Virus genome (UHGV): UHGV-1373577 | DNA from: a virus | Reading direction: 5' to 3' (one strand) | DNA: 58,666 bases | Shown: piece by piece, positions 39,238 to 48,653 of the stretch | How the letters are laid out: each line of letters begins with the position of its first letter | Position numbering within the stretch: position 1 is the first letter of the stretch | Position numbers and translations under genes: made by a program | Notes under the pieces: model-generated | Told to the model about the DNA's origin: nothing | Databases searched by the model: none | Seen by the model: the letters and a program-made list of their open reading frames with translations, nothing else

Positions 39238-40025
39238 GCGTTCTCCTTATTGGTTGTGGTGGTGTTGGTAGTGGCTTCGGTGTTGTGAGCGAGCATCCAG
39301 ACCCGGCCCATGGTGGGGTTCTCCAAGAAGTCGGGGAAGTCCTTGACCCGACGCTTGGTGATGGCCCCCGGCAGAGCGAAGTCCGCTCGGACGGCGAACT
39401 TCCCGCTCTCCAACCTGCCCGACCTCATGTAGGCGACGAAGTCGAAGTTGGAGGGCATGTGCTTGTCGGACTGCTGACCCCGGAAGGCCGGTCCGATCTC
39501 GGTCTCCCCGGTCACCGAGTTGGTGACCCGGGCGACGTGGGTGAGAGCCAGGAGGTTGACGCCATCGCATCGCATGAAGGCGTTGATCAGCGTCATGACA
39601 TTGTCGTAGGCGTCGGTCCACGGCTTGTAGTTGTTGCCGGGATTGGCCGTACGGGACTCGCCCACGATGAGCTCCTGGAGCTTGTCGATGGTGTCGAAGA
39701 CGACGGTGCGGTAGGGGAAGGACCTACTGTTCATCGTGGGCCGGACGACCTGGGCGATGAACCGGTGGGTGTCGGCCCAGGAGTCCAGGTGGATGATGGT
39801 GATCCTGTCCAGGTCGCCCCAGTCACGCAGGGGCAGAGTGCCCCGCTCGAAGTCGAGGTAGAGCACCGGGGCCATCTCCTCGACCTTGGAGGCGGTGGCG
39901 GACAGAGAACTCTTGCCGCTGCCCGCCCCTCCGTAAAGGAGTACCGAGATATCCTTGAGCTCCTGCGGATCCTCCGCCGTGAAACCGGCTGCGGCGAGCA
40001 TCTTATCAAAAGCCGATGTCGACAT
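39234..40025 (-). CDS. RecA-like recombination ATPase (AAA_24 / Sak4-like).
   Basis: Walker A LLYGGAGSGKSS. Walker B VVFDTID. RecA-like core length (263 aa). Confidence 0.55.
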   Translation of the reverse strand: MSTSAFDKMLAAAGFTAEDPQELKDISVLLYGGAGSGKSSLSATASKVEEMAPVLYLDFERGTLPLRDWGDLDRITIIHLDSWADTHRFIAQVVRPTMNSRSFPYRTVVFDTIDKLQELIVGESRTANPGNNYKPWTDAYDNVMTLINAFMRCDGVNLLALTHVARVTNSVTGETEIGPAFRGQQSDKHMPSNFDFVAYMRSGRLESGKFAVRADFALPGAITKRRVKDFPDFLENPTMGRVWMLAHNTEATTNTTTTNKENA

Positions 40026-40438
40026 CAGGCCGCCTCCCCGCCGTTGTTTCCCGGACCCTCATCGAGCGGGAACAGCGCCAGCTGCTTCCAGCCCGGCAGG
40101 AGCAGGGTGTCGACGAGCTCGGCGCCCTCCACGCCGCGCAGGCGCCACAGGGCCAGCAGACGCTCCAGGTCCTCCCCGGTGCGCAGGTCGACGACCTCAC
40201 CCCGACTGGACAGGGTGCACTCGATGCGGTCGCTCCTGTGCATGACGGCGGGGCGGGTCAACGTGAGGACGAGCGGCTCGGTGTCGACGTTGAGCTCATT
40301 GGTGATGGTCCACATCGTGGTGCTGTCTCCGCACAGGAGCCGAACCTCCTCGCCGCCGTCGACCACGAGGCCGGGCATGCGCTCGGCTCGCTTCAGCACC
40401 CGGTCGATGCTCCTGGTGCGGATGGAGGAGCCCCTCAT
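40025..40438 (-). CDS. Hypothetical protein.
   Basis: 137-aa ORF coupled by ATGA to the upstream gene. Confidence 0.35.
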   Translation of the reverse strand: MRGSSIRTRSIDRVLKRAERMPGLVVDGGEEVRLLCGDSTTMWTITNELNVDTEPLVLTLTRPAVMHRSDRIECTLSSRGEVVDLRTGEDLERLLALWRLRGVEGAELVDTLLLPGWKQLALFPLDEGPGNNGGEAA

Positions 40439-40686
40439 CGCGCCTCCCTCTCGACCCAGCGCAGAACGTCATCCGAGGCGCCCATGAAAGATCGCGTCCA
40501 GCCCAGGGACGTGCTCCACTCGTAGACGGCCACGGCCCCGTCGTACCAGGCGATCAGGGCGAGCTGACGCCCGTCCTTGGTGTAGACAGCCCTGTAGCGG
40601 CCCAGGTTGTTGCGGGGCCGGTCGAGCGCCCACCCCGCCTTCCTCAGCGTCTCTTCGATCATGCCGGTCACGGCATACCTCCCCAT
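40435..40686 (-). CDS. Hypothetical protein.
   Basis: 83-aa ORF. Overlapping start and stop codons. Confidence 0.3.
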   Translation of the reverse strand: MGRYAVTGMIEETLRKAGWALDRPRNNLGRYRAVYTKDGRQLALIAWYDGAVAVYEWSTSLGWTRSFMGASDDVLRWVEREAR

Positions 40687-41447
40687 GCGGCCATGTCGGC
40701 CTCCTCCTTCTTCAGTCGCTTGCAGCGGTAGCAGCCGGGCGAGGACTCGTACTCCCCGCTCGACGCTCCTGCCTCTTCACTACGAACCCGGGCCACGAGC
40801 TCGCTGAAACGGCCCAGGACGGCCTCGGCGACGGCCCGACGGTACTGGAACACCAGCACCCTCGCGCAGCCCGGCAGAACGTCCGTGGACGCATCACGGG
40901 GGATCATGAGCAGGCTCGCCCGCTCCACCTCGTAGCCGTCGCGCTCCAGGGCGTAGCCGTAGAGCATCATCTGCGCGTAGTACTTCCACGCGGTCTCCCA
41001 GATGATCCTGTCCCGGTCCATCAGGACCGACCCGTCCAGGCGGGTGTGCACCACGGAGGAGAGCCCCGCAATGCGGGCCTTCGACAGGACCTTCCAGTCG
41101 ATGACCTCCCTGCGCTCGATGTCGAACAGGTCGACAGTGCCCCTGATCGGCCCGTAGCCGTCAATCTGGGCGACGTCGACCCGCTTCTCCACGAGGATCA
41201 GTCCGGCCCGTCCCTCGGGGGAGTTCGACAAGCGCTGCTGGGCGAGCAGGTGGAAGGCGGTGCCCAGCAGCGGGGCGAGCGGGGTGCCCGCCCTCTTGTC
41301 CTCGTAGGTGCCGCGGATCTTGTCGGCCAGGCAGCGCTCGCAGACCTCTCCGAGCTCGGAGGGCCCGACGTGGCGCTGCCGGTCCCGGTCGGTGGGGGCG
41401 CCGACGATCTCCAGGGCTCGGCCGGTGGCCTCAGAGCCCCACATCAC
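40668..41447 (-). CDS. Cas4-like PD-(D/E)xK exonuclease with Cys cluster.
   Basis: EVCERC near the N-terminus and PGCYRC at the C-terminus (Fe-S-type Cys arrangement). DWK and YYAQMMLYGYAL (QhxxY) nuclease motifs. Confidence 0.5.
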   Translation of the reverse strand: MMWGSEATGRALEIVGAPTDRDRQRHVGPSELGEVCERCLADKIRGTYEDKRAGTPLAPLLGTAFHLLAQQRLSNSPEGRAGLILVEKRVDVAQIDGYGPIRGTVDLFDIERREVIDWKVLSKARIAGLSSVVHTRLDGSVLMDRDRIIWETAWKYYAQMMLYGYALERDGYEVERASLLMIPRDASTDVLPGCARVLVFQYRRAVAEAVLGRFSELVARVRSEEAGASSGEYESSPGCYRCKRLKKEEADMAAWGGMP

Positions 41448-41911
41448 AGGCCCTCGTCTTCGCCGTCGCTCCGAACCCGCTGCACGAGGTAGGGTTCGCC
41501 GGGCTCGCAGGCCTGCGCGTAGATGTCGGGGAACCGCTCCTTCAGGGCCCCGGGGTCGATGACCTCCTTGTACACGCCCATCCGTTCGTCCGTCGACACG
41601 AGCCTCTCGTCGAGCAGGGCGGCGGCGACGAAGGGGCGGAAGTGCGACCGTCGGGTGAGCACGGCGCCGTCGTAGCGGTCGAGTCCCCTCCGGGTCATCT
41701 CGGCGGTGATCGCCTGGTTGAGGCCGGTCAGCTGCCTGTTGACGGCGGAGCGGGCCTCGATGAGCCCGGCCCGTCGTTCGATCAGTTCGGACAGTGCGTC
41801 ATCGTTCACGTACTGTTCCTCTCTTCCTTCTAGATGAGCCCTGATTCCGTCAGGGCGCGGTGCCTTTCGGCGAGTCTTCCGACGACAGTGTCGTCGATGG
41901 TCCCGGGGCAC
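41444..41911 (-). CDS. Hypothetical protein.
   Basis: 155-aa ORF. Confidence 0.35.
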   Translation of the reverse strand: MPRDHRRHCRRKTRRKAPRPDGIRAHLEGREEQYVNDDALSELIERRAGLIEARSAVNRQLTGLNQAITAEMTRRGLDRYDGAVLTRRSHFRPFVAAALLDERLVSTDERMGVYKEVIDPGALKERFPDIYAQACEPGEPYLVQRVRSDGEDEGL

Positions 41912-43272
41912 TGCACCAGGTAGCGCACGACACCCCGCTTCTGGCCGGAGCGGTGAAGGCGCCCCTGGGCCTGCTCGTTGATGACCAGGGAGGAGTCCCT
42001 CGACAGCCAGATCTCGGTATGGCAGTCCGTCTGGAGTCCGTCGACGCCCTCGGCGATGGCGGACACGACGGCCAGGAGGATCTGCACCTCGTGGTCATCG
42101 CGGAACGTGCGCCAGCCCTCGTGGTCGTCCCCGCTGACCTGCTCCACCCGGTAGCCCGCCTTCTCCAGCCGCCACCGCAGGGGAATAAGGAACTTGCGGG
42201 AGTGCGTGAAGACGATGACCCGCTCGTCGCCGAGGTCCTGGAGGATGTCGAGCAGGGCGTCGATCTTGCCGCTCTTGGCGTCCTTGTCGAAGGTGACGAC
42301 CTCTCTCGTCCCGCCGGTTGAGGTGGCGTAGTCCAGGACGACGGGTTGGGCGAGGGTGGCCTGCTGGAGGCGGGTGTCGAGGACGACGGGGAGGTTTACG
42401 GCCACGGGGTGGTCGTCGAGCCAGGCGATAGCCTTGTCCCGCCACGCACGATAGATGCGCGTCTGTTCCCGGGTCATGGTGGCGGCCACGCGGCGGATGT
42501 CGACGTCGGCCAGTTCGGGCAGCGCCTCCTGGCGGGTGACCGACACCCAGCACGGCGTCGTGGCCCGAACTCTTCCGGGCCACTTCTCCTCGCCGTAGAG
42601 CTTTCCGTACCCGGATTCGGAGTAGTAGTTGGGCGCGGACTCGAAGAAGAAGTCGGCGAAGCGGGTGAAGGAGGTGTATCGCACGGGCCACAGGAAGTGC
42701 AGAGCGCCGAAGATGTTGACGGGCAAGTTGCCTGCCGGCGTGGCCGACAGGGCCAGTCGCCGCTTCGCGCGGATCCGGCATAGGACCTTGGAGTTGAGGG
42801 ACTTGTAGTTGCAGGCCCGGTGCACCTCGTCGGCGATGACGACGTCGAAGAGTGTGCCTCCGAAGGCGTGCGTGTCGGGCGCTGAGACCATCTTCCCGGT
42901 CCGGTTGTCCTTCTTCTTGTGCTTGTTGCGGGCGGTCATGAGGGACCAGCCGATGAAGAAGACCCCCTTCTCGTTCCTGTCCCACAGGGCTTCGAGGTTC
43001 GCCTTCCTGTTCGCTCCCTTGGCCGCACACTCGCGCAGCTCCATGCCCCAGACTTCACGAACGTGTCGTCGCCAGCCGTCGATGGTGTGCAGGGGCGCGA
43101 CGATGAGGACGCGGGCGTCCTTAGGCTCCTTGGCGTCGTACTTGAGCGTCCTCTCAGTGCTGGCCAGGGACACCAGGGTCTTCCCGGAGCCTAAGCAGCA
43201 GGCCAGCAGGCCCGTGCCCCCGGCGGCGGCGACCTGTTCGACCGCCGCCGCCTGGTAGTCACGAAGCTCCAT
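41830..43272 (-). CDS. SF2 helicase (SNF2/DEXH-like).
   Basis: LGSGKT (motif I). VIADEVH (DEXH motif II). LSATP (motif III). 480 aa. Confidence 0.65.
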   Translation of the reverse strand: MELRDYQAAAVEQVAAAGGTGLLACCLGSGKTLVSLASTERTLKYDAKEPKDARVLIVAPLHTIDGWRRHVREVWGMELRECAAKGANRKANLEALWDRNEKGVFFIGWSLMTARNKHKKKDNRTGKMVSAPDTHAFGGTLFDVVIADEVHRACNYKSLNSKVLCRIRAKRRLALSATPAGNLPVNIFGALHFLWPVRYTSFTRFADFFFESAPNYYSESGYGKLYGEEKWPGRVRATTPCWVSVTRQEALPELADVDIRRVAATMTREQTRIYRAWRDKAIAWLDDHPVAVNLPVVLDTRLQQATLAQPVVLDYATSTGGTREVVTFDKDAKSGKIDALLDILQDLGDERVIVFTHSRKFLIPLRWRLEKAGYRVEQVSGDDHEGWRTFRDDHEVQILLAVVSAIAEGVDGLQTDCHTEIWLSRDSSLVINEQAQGRLHRSGQKRGVVRYLVQCPGTIDDTVVGRLAERHRALTESGLI

Positions 43273-43657
43273 CGCCGTGCTTCTTCAGCGTGTTGCGGGC
43301 CAGGTCCTCGACGTCGGCGGTCAGGTCGCGCAGGATGTCGTCCACGTTGTCGCCACGATAGTAGACGACGTCGCCGCAGCGCTGGTAGCCCATGTGCTCG
43401 CCGTCGGTGAGCAGATCGGGCTCGTTGATGTGGAAGGCGATCTCCGGGGCCATGATGCCGTGGTCTCGCAGGTAGTAGTACGGGCCCCTCAGGATGCCCA
43501 GCACGTGCCACAGCCAAGGCTGCCGGATGCAGATGCTCACGTCCGCGCCGCCCTCGTCGTCCCACTTGTCGTTCTCCAGGAAGGCGGCCGACACCCGCAC
43601 CAGCGGGAAGTCGCTGGGCAGGTGCGCCTTGAGCCGGTCTTCGATGTAGTTGTGCAT
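43259..43657 (-). CDS. Hypothetical protein.
   Basis: 132-aa ORF. Confidence 0.35.
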   Translation of the reverse strand: MHNYIEDRLKAHLPSDFPLVRVSAAFLENDKWDDEGGADVSICIRQPWLWHVLGILRGPYYYLRDHGIMAPEIAFHINEPDLLTDGEHMGYQRCGDVVYYRGDNVDDILRDLTADVEDLARNTLKKHGDGAS

Positions 43658-43675
43658 CCCTCTTCCTTCCTGTTG

Positions 43676-43999
43676 TTACTTGACGGGGATGTCGATGAAC
43701 AGGAGCGAAGGCAGGATCCGATCCACGATCAGGTCCGGCTTGTCGAGCCGGGCAACGTCGAGGTTGATCTCGATGAGCTCCCCGGCCCGACCGGTGCGCC
43801 GCATCAGGGTGAGCACGTCCCAGGCGGTGATGGCCGCCGTCCACTCCTGGCCGCCCATGATCCACACGATCATGCACAGGCCCTCGGCCCCCTTGCTTTC
43901 GTCGATGGGCAGGGGCCGGTACCCCTTGCGGATCATGGCCACGCGCAGACCCAACATGGCCAGGGCCAATTCGTTGGTCCTCTTGTCCTCAGCGCTCAT
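43676..43999 (-). CDS. Hypothetical protein.
   Basis: Inner Met start MSAEDKRTNEL. About 107 aa. Confidence 0.3.
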   Translation of the reverse strand: MSAEDKRTNELALAMLGLRVAMIRKGYRPLPIDESKGAEGLCMIVWIMGGQEWTAAITAWDVLTLMRRTGRAGELIEINLDVARLDKPDLIVDRILPSLLFIDIPVK

Positions 44000-44330
44000 T
44001 CTTGTTCTTCTCCTCCTTCTCATTCTTCCGGGCCTCTTGTGGGGTCCAGTTGGCCATGTACTGGAGCGCCACTCCCACGAAGAAGTCGGGGTCACGACAG
44101 ATATAAGGGCCGAACATCACATTGAAATGCCACACCTCATTGGTGTCGGGCAGGTCAACACGGCGCCGAACCAGAACTTCCTGGCCCATCGGGCCGGGGC
44201 CCACATCCCAGGCCCCGAACTCATCCTCCCAGAATAAGCACTCGCCGTGGCGTTCGACATGGCGCCCGGCGGCTACGACAGCCTCGTACAGCCGGTCGAA
44301 GTACTGGGCCTCAAGAAACCGCGGCATCGT
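43989..44330 (-). CDS. Hypothetical protein with Lys/Glu-rich C-terminus.
   Basis: Inner start MPRFLEAQYFDRLYEAVV. About 113 aa. Confidence 0.3.
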   Translation of the reverse strand, partial: TMPRFLEAQYFDRLYEAVVAAGRHVERHGECLFWEDEFGAWDVGPGPMGQEVLVRRRVDLPDTNEVWHFNVMFGPYICRDPDFFVGVALQYMANWTPQEARKNEKEEKNKNER

Positions 44331-44676
44331 CCCCCTCCTTCCTCGCCACGTCGGTTCCGGCCGGGGCCTCGTAGGGATTGATTCGCAGCATCCACTGCGT
44401 GCCATCGGGGGCGTCGTCGAGGCGAGCGAAGCCCACGGGGCGGTGGACCAGGGCGCGCTGGGCGGTGGACGCCAGGACCACGGAGTGCGCCCAGGACTTC
44501 CACGCCTCGCGCTCCTTCTCGCCGCCCCAGGCCCCGCCCATCTCCAGGATCCTGCTGAGCAGATCGTCCAGGTCATCCCAGCGCACTCGCCGAGCCTCCC
44601 TCGTGTCCCCGCACCACAGCTCGATGCGGTCGTCGGTGTAGGGTCGTCCGGGCTTGTTGAAGTACTCGAAGTTCAC
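44311..44676 (-). CDS. Hypothetical protein.
   Basis: 121-aa ORF MNFEYFNKPGRPYTDDRIELWCGD. Confidence 0.35.
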   Translation of the reverse strand: MNFEYFNKPGRPYTDDRIELWCGDTREARRVRWDDLDDLLSRILEMGGAWGGEKEREAWKSWAHSVVLASTAQRALVHRPVGFARLDDAPDGTQWMLRINPYEAPAGTDVARKEGDDAAVS

Positions 44677-44924
44677 CGCCGCCCCCGCTCCGGAGTGAAC
44701 ACGACGGACCAGTTCTGGCCGTCGGGGGCGTCGTCAATGATGCTGACGGCCTCCTCAGCCCCACCCAGGGAGTCCATGGCGTCGCGCTGGGCGACAACCC
44801 GGTCGGCGAACACCGACCACTCCATCCCCTCGATCTCAGAGGTCTTGGAGACCCGGCGGACGACACCGCGCAGTTTGGCGACGGTGACCCCCCGGCCGTT
44901 ACGCAGAATCTTCGTGTTGAGCAT
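44673..44924 (-). CDS. Hypothetical protein.
   Basis: 83-aa ORF. Overlapping start and stop codons. Confidence 0.3.
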   Translation of the reverse strand: MLNTKILRNGRGVTVAKLRGVVRRVSKTSEIEGMEWSVFADRVVAQRDAMDSLGGAEEAVSIIDDAPDGQNWSVVFTPERGRR

Positions 44925-44936
44925 GTTGCTGTCCTT

Positions 44937-45572
44937 TCACTCGGTGGGGTTGTTAAGGTCCCAGATAACGTAGCGGGGCAGGGCGCCCCCGGGTGCGATG
45001 CGCTCGACACCGTGCTGCCGGGGAGTGTCGACCACGACCTGCACGGACCCGTACCCGTTTGTGCTTTTGGGATTCATGCACACGGTCCCCTGCGTTGTCG
45101 TAATGATCGTGGAGCCGTCGCCCGTGCGCTCGATGATGTGCGGCCCCAGCCGTTTGGCCGCGTCGGCGGCGATCAGGCGGATCGTCTGGTCCGCCAGGGC
45201 CCTGATCCCTGCCTCTACGGCGTCGTTGTAGTAGTCGTGCGCCCGCAGGTCCAGGAAGGGCCCCATACCGGAGTCCCTGAGGCGCACGGTCCCCTTGCGG
45301 ACGTTGAACTTGTAGATTCCGTCGAGTGCCCGGTCCAGGCTGGGCAGGATGTCGTCGGTGAACGCCCGTTCGGTGAGGTACATGGCGGCGGCGACGTCGG
45401 TGATGTCCTGCTCGTGCCCGCCCGACCAGATGGTCATGCAGCCGAAGGTGTCCTCGTAACGCCAGGCGGTCCTGTCGTCCCAGTCGCAGGTGACCTGGCC
45501 GTCCTGGAAATAGACGGCGCTGCGCATAGCCTTGGGCAGGTGGCCCTTGATCCTCTCCTCCGCGCCTCTCAC
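44937..45572 (-). CDS. Hypothetical protein.
   Basis: 211-aa ORF. Confidence 0.4.
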   Translation of the reverse strand: MRGAEERIKGHLPKAMRSAVYFQDGQVTCDWDDRTAWRYEDTFGCMTIWSGGHEQDITDVAAAMYLTERAFTDDILPSLDRALDGIYKFNVRKGTVRLRDSGMGPFLDLRAHDYYNDAVEAGIRALADQTIRLIAADAAKRLGPHIIERTGDGSTIITTTQGTVCMNPKSTNGYGSVQVVVDTPRQHGVERIAPGGALPRYVIWDLNNPTE

Positions 45573-45781
45573 AGCAGGGCCCCCTCGCAGTCGACACGGA
45601 CCTCGAAGGGCAGGTCCATCAGCGTGTCGTTGAAGCGGGGGTGGTGGGCGAGCTCGTCCACCGCCTGCCAGTAGTCCCTGTCGTCCTCACCCGCGTTCGG
45701 GTGCCCGAACGGGTAGCGGGGCAGCCCGTCCAGGTTCATGTTGACGATGTCGACAACCATGTGTTCGATGTCAGTTGCCAT
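45569..45781 (-). CDS. Hypothetical protein.
   Basis: 70-aa ORF. Confidence 0.3.
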   Translation of the reverse strand: MATDIEHMVVDIVNMNLDGLPRYPFGHPNAGEDDRDYWQAVDELAHHPRFNDTLMDLPFEVRVDCEGALL

Positions 45782-45808
45782 CTCTCTTCCTTCTTCCTCT
45801 CTCGCTCT

Positions 45809-46170
45809 TCACTTGAAGGCCCTCAAGGCCTCATCGTAGCGAAGCACCCTGTCATTCGACAGGACGATCTCGTTCTCCTTCAGGGCCACGATCCACTGGG
45901 CCCGTTCGAGGCTGACGTTCACTGCCGTCCAGTAGGCGTCGAGGCGCTTGTCGGCCTCGACGAGTAGGTCCTCGACGTCCGACGCCGACAGGTGCTTCAA
46001 GCTCCGAGTGACGCGGATCTGCCTGTGCTTGACGACGAGGCCGCGAACGGGGGCCCCGAACAGGGCCAGAATGTAGGACCCGTCCCGGGTGCGAACCCCG
46101 CGGGCGTGGTCCAGATGCTCGATGTCGTCCAGCGACACGCCCGTATGCTTGGCCAGCGCCCGGGCCATGA
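45809..46170 (-). CDS. Hypothetical protein.
   Basis: Inner start MARALAKHTGVSLDD. About 120 aa. Confidence 0.3.
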
Positions 46171-46191
46171 TGTCCTTATAGGGTCTGCGGG

Positions 46192-47016
46192 TCACTCCTC
46201 CCCCTCCTCGGCGTCCTCGTCGATCAGCCAGTCGACGGCTGCGTGCATCTCCGAGGAGTCCTCGGGACTCATCATCGCCTCCGACGCCCGCTTGATGAAG
46301 AACGTGTCGCTGTTCTTCGCCGAGATGCGGGCGACCATGCACCGTGAGCCGCCGTCCTCCGGGTAGCGCAGGTCGACATCCAGGCTCAGCGCCCGCCCGG
46401 AGCGCTCGTTGACGAAGATCCAGTCCGACGAAGGGTCCTGCCTCACGTCGGCGAAACCCTCCCCGGGCTGGAGGTCGATGTTGTCCACGATGGTCTCGCG
46501 GATGAACGACCTCACGTCCATGGCGCCCTTGTCGTAGGCGTCGGCGAGCACCGCCCTCAGGTCATCGTCGACCTCGACGCTGCCCTCGTCGTTGTAGTAG
46601 ATCTTCCCGTCCTCGCGCTCGCCTCCGGCCAGGTGGTGGATCATGTCGAGCGCGGTGCCGATGACGTCCCCGGCCAGTTCGCTCATGGCCTCGTCCATAT
46701 CCTGCGGGCTATCGGTATCCCCGACACCAGAGCGGGACCAGTCCCGAGTCCACCACTGAAGGTCGGGGTCGTGCTCGTCCGCGCCCTCGTCGCGACCCCA
46801 CTGGAGGTGGATGGTCTCCTCGCTGTGGGCCGTGTCGGCGTCGCCCAGGTCGATGACCAGGCGGGCCTCTCCACCTTCGCCGGGGATGAGTCTCAGGTCG
46901 TGGTCCTCGTCCTCTTCCTTGCCGGGGAAGTGGGCTTCGACGCCGTCGGGCAGGGCCTTCGACAGGGCCTCAGCCAACTCGTCCCAGTCATCCCGGGTCT
47001 TGGTGTTGATGTTCAC
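46192..47016 (-). CDS. Highly acidic hypothetical protein.
   Basis: 274 aa, Asp/Glu-rich throughout. GTG start after RBS aagagagaaaggaa. Confidence 0.45.
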   Translation of the reverse strand: MNINTKTRDDWDELAEALSKALPDGVEAHFPGKEEDEDHDLRLIPGEGGEARLVIDLGDADTAHSEETIHLQWGRDEGADEHDPDLQWWTRDWSRSGVGDTDSPQDMDEAMSELAGDVIGTALDMIHHLAGGEREDGKIYYNDEGSVEVDDDLRAVLADAYDKGAMDVRSFIRETIVDNIDLQPGEGFADVRQDPSSDWIFVNERSGRALSLDVDLRYPEDGGSRCMVARISAKNSDTFFIKRASEAMMSPEDSSEMHAAVDWLIDEDAEEGEE

Positions 47017-47049
47017 GACAATTCCTTTCTCTCTTCAGTTCTGTGAACA

Positions 47050-47122
47050 GGCCCCCGGGGAGGACTCGAACCTCCCTTTATTCCTCCGCAATAAAGCACG
47101 GTAACTTCATTATGGCGGGGGC
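47050..47122 (-). ncRNA. tRNA-like element A (73 nt). 7-bp acceptor-like stem GCCCCCG/CGGGGGC, T-arm GGAGG-TTCGAGT-CCTCC, and an AU-rich 7-bp hairpin in place of canonical D and anticodon arms.
   Basis: Read on the - strand in the intergenic gap between the stop at 47128 and the start at 47016. No U8 and no U33-type anticodon loop, so it is not a canonical tRNA. Confidence 0.45.
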
Positions 47123-47127
47123 TCCCG

Positions 47128-47526
47128 TCAGCGCTCCAGGAGCCTGCGGGCGGTGGCCCCGGAGGCCGTCAAACCAAGGGAGCCGTAGTGGACCCCGTTC
47201 CGCCGGATGTTGCGGCCGGGGGTGAGGATGTCGTCGCGTTCGGGGAACAGGTCCTCCGTGGTCTGCTGCACCATGCGCGACACGACCAGGAACGTGTCCT
47301 CCCGGTAGGGCGGGAGGAAGGCGTGCGTGGCCCGCCCCTTGCACGACACGGGGATGCGGGTGATGCCCCTCCAGCCGGGGACGGTGGCGTCAACCTCGGT
47401 CATGCCCTCGTCCCGGTGCCGAACAGTGGGCGAGTTGCCGTCAGGCTGGAGCACCATGATGGTGGTCTCCCTGTCGGCGGGGTCGATGATGCGAAGCGGC
47501 CGCCCCGTCATGTTCAGGATGCGGGC
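47128..47526 (-). CDS. Hypothetical protein.
   Basis: MARILNMTGRPL start overlaps the upstream stop (TGATG). 133 aa. The longer listed ORF was rejected. Confidence 0.35.
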   Translation of the reverse strand, partial: ARILNMTGRPLRIIDPADRETTIMVLQPDGNSPTVRHRDEGMTEVDATVPGWRGITRIPVSCKGRATHAFLPPYREDTFLVVSRMVQQTTEDLFPERDDILTPGRNIRRNGVHYGSLGLTASGATARRLLER

Positions 47527-47528
47527 CA

Positions 47529-48308
47529 TCAGTACCGCCCCCCGAGCCGGTCCAGTGCGGTGCGGACGGCGTCGACGACATCGACATAGCCCTCGCCCAG
47601 GCCGTTGGGGGCGGTCCCGACGCGGAAGTGCAGGTAGTTCATCGCCCCGTCGTCGAGGAGGCGGACCCGGGCGCTTCCGTCCGAGTTGGCCGTCAGGTAG
47701 AGCATGAACCGGGTGGCCCCGTTGTCGTCCTCGACGAGGTCGAGCGTGGCCTCGGACTCGTAGCCCAGACTGTTGAGCCACAGGTCGTCGGTTCCCCGAC
47801 GAACCTGCTCCTTGATCCAGTTCTCAAGGGTCTTGCGCAGGTCGGCGAGGGCGTGCCCGATGGCGAGCACCGACAGGCCCCGTCGTGCCTCCTTGACGGC
47901 CTGGTCGAAGGTCAGGGCCTTGTCGAGGTCGGCGAGTACGCGTCCCCAGGAGTCGTCCGGGCCGGGCCCGAACCAGCACAGCGAGTACGCCCCGTACAGG
48001 GGCCCGGGGGCGAGGCACTTGTCGGCCTGCTCGGGGTCGAGCCCCGACTGGTCCTTCAGCAGATCGAAGGCGTCGGCGATGATGTGCTCGGCGATCTCCT
48101 CCTGGTACTCCCCCGTCAGCGGCAGGCCGAACCCCCTGCCTGAGATGTCCTCGACCCGGTAGCCGTCCCCGGTGTTCGACACCCGGTACCTGGCGTAGTC
48201 GTCGAGGTAGATGGTTCCGTCCGGGTGGAACCACAGGGACTCGGGTGTGGTCAGGGCGTGGGGCAGGGTGCGCTGCACCTTCCTCCAGGCCTCGTGCATG
48301 TCGGTCAT
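47529..48308 (-). CDS. Hypothetical protein.
   Basis: 259-aa ORF. Confidence 0.45.
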   Translation of the reverse strand: MTDMHEAWRKVQRTLPHALTTPESLWFHPDGTIYLDDYARYRVSNTGDGYRVEDISGRGFGLPLTGEYQEEIAEHIIADAFDLLKDQSGLDPEQADKCLAPGPLYGAYSLCWFGPGPDDSWGRVLADLDKALTFDQAVKEARRGLSVLAIGHALADLRKTLENWIKEQVRRGTDDLWLNSLGYESEATLDLVEDDNGATRFMLYLTANSDGSARVRLLDDGAMNYLHFRVGTAPNGLGEGYVDVVDAVRTALDRLGGRY

Positions 48309-48326
48309 GTGTTCCTCTCTTTCTCT

Positions 48327-48653
48327 TCACGGGTTGTGGCGGTACCGCACCCGCTTGGCGGTCATTCTCAGGGCCTCCAGGTCACCGGGGCTCACTCGTC
48401 CCGAGTCGTCGGGGTGAACATCGAACTCGATGTCGTCGGGGCGCAGGCCGTCCAGTTCTTCCGGCGTGCGGGGGTCGTCGCTCTTGATGGTGACGACGTC
48501 GCCGTAGGCGCAGATGCTCACCTGGCTGCGGGCTGCGTGAAGGTGCACGATCGCGTTGCGCCGGTACTCGACCTTCACGAACCACTCCCCGGCTTCGCGC
48601 ATGGCCAGGAGCATGTAGGCCCCGAGAGCGGCTACGACATCGTCGTTCTTCAC
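48327..48653 (-). CDS. Hypothetical protein.
   Basis: 108-aa ORF. Confidence 0.4.
   Translation of the reverse strand: MKNDDVVAALGAYMLLAMREAGEWFVKVEYRRNAIVHLHAARSQVSICAYGDVVTIKSDDPRTPEELDGLRPDDIEFDVHPDDSGRVSPGDLEALRMTAKRVRYRHNP

Noticed and set aside
47128-47781. 217-aa version of the - strand ORF with N-terminal MAQQSGLRVRG...
   Set aside because: The N-terminal 85 aa are Arg/Gly/Pro-rich and overlap gene 47529..48308. An internal ATG at 47526 overlaps the upstream stop (TGATG) and gives a compact 133-aa protein.
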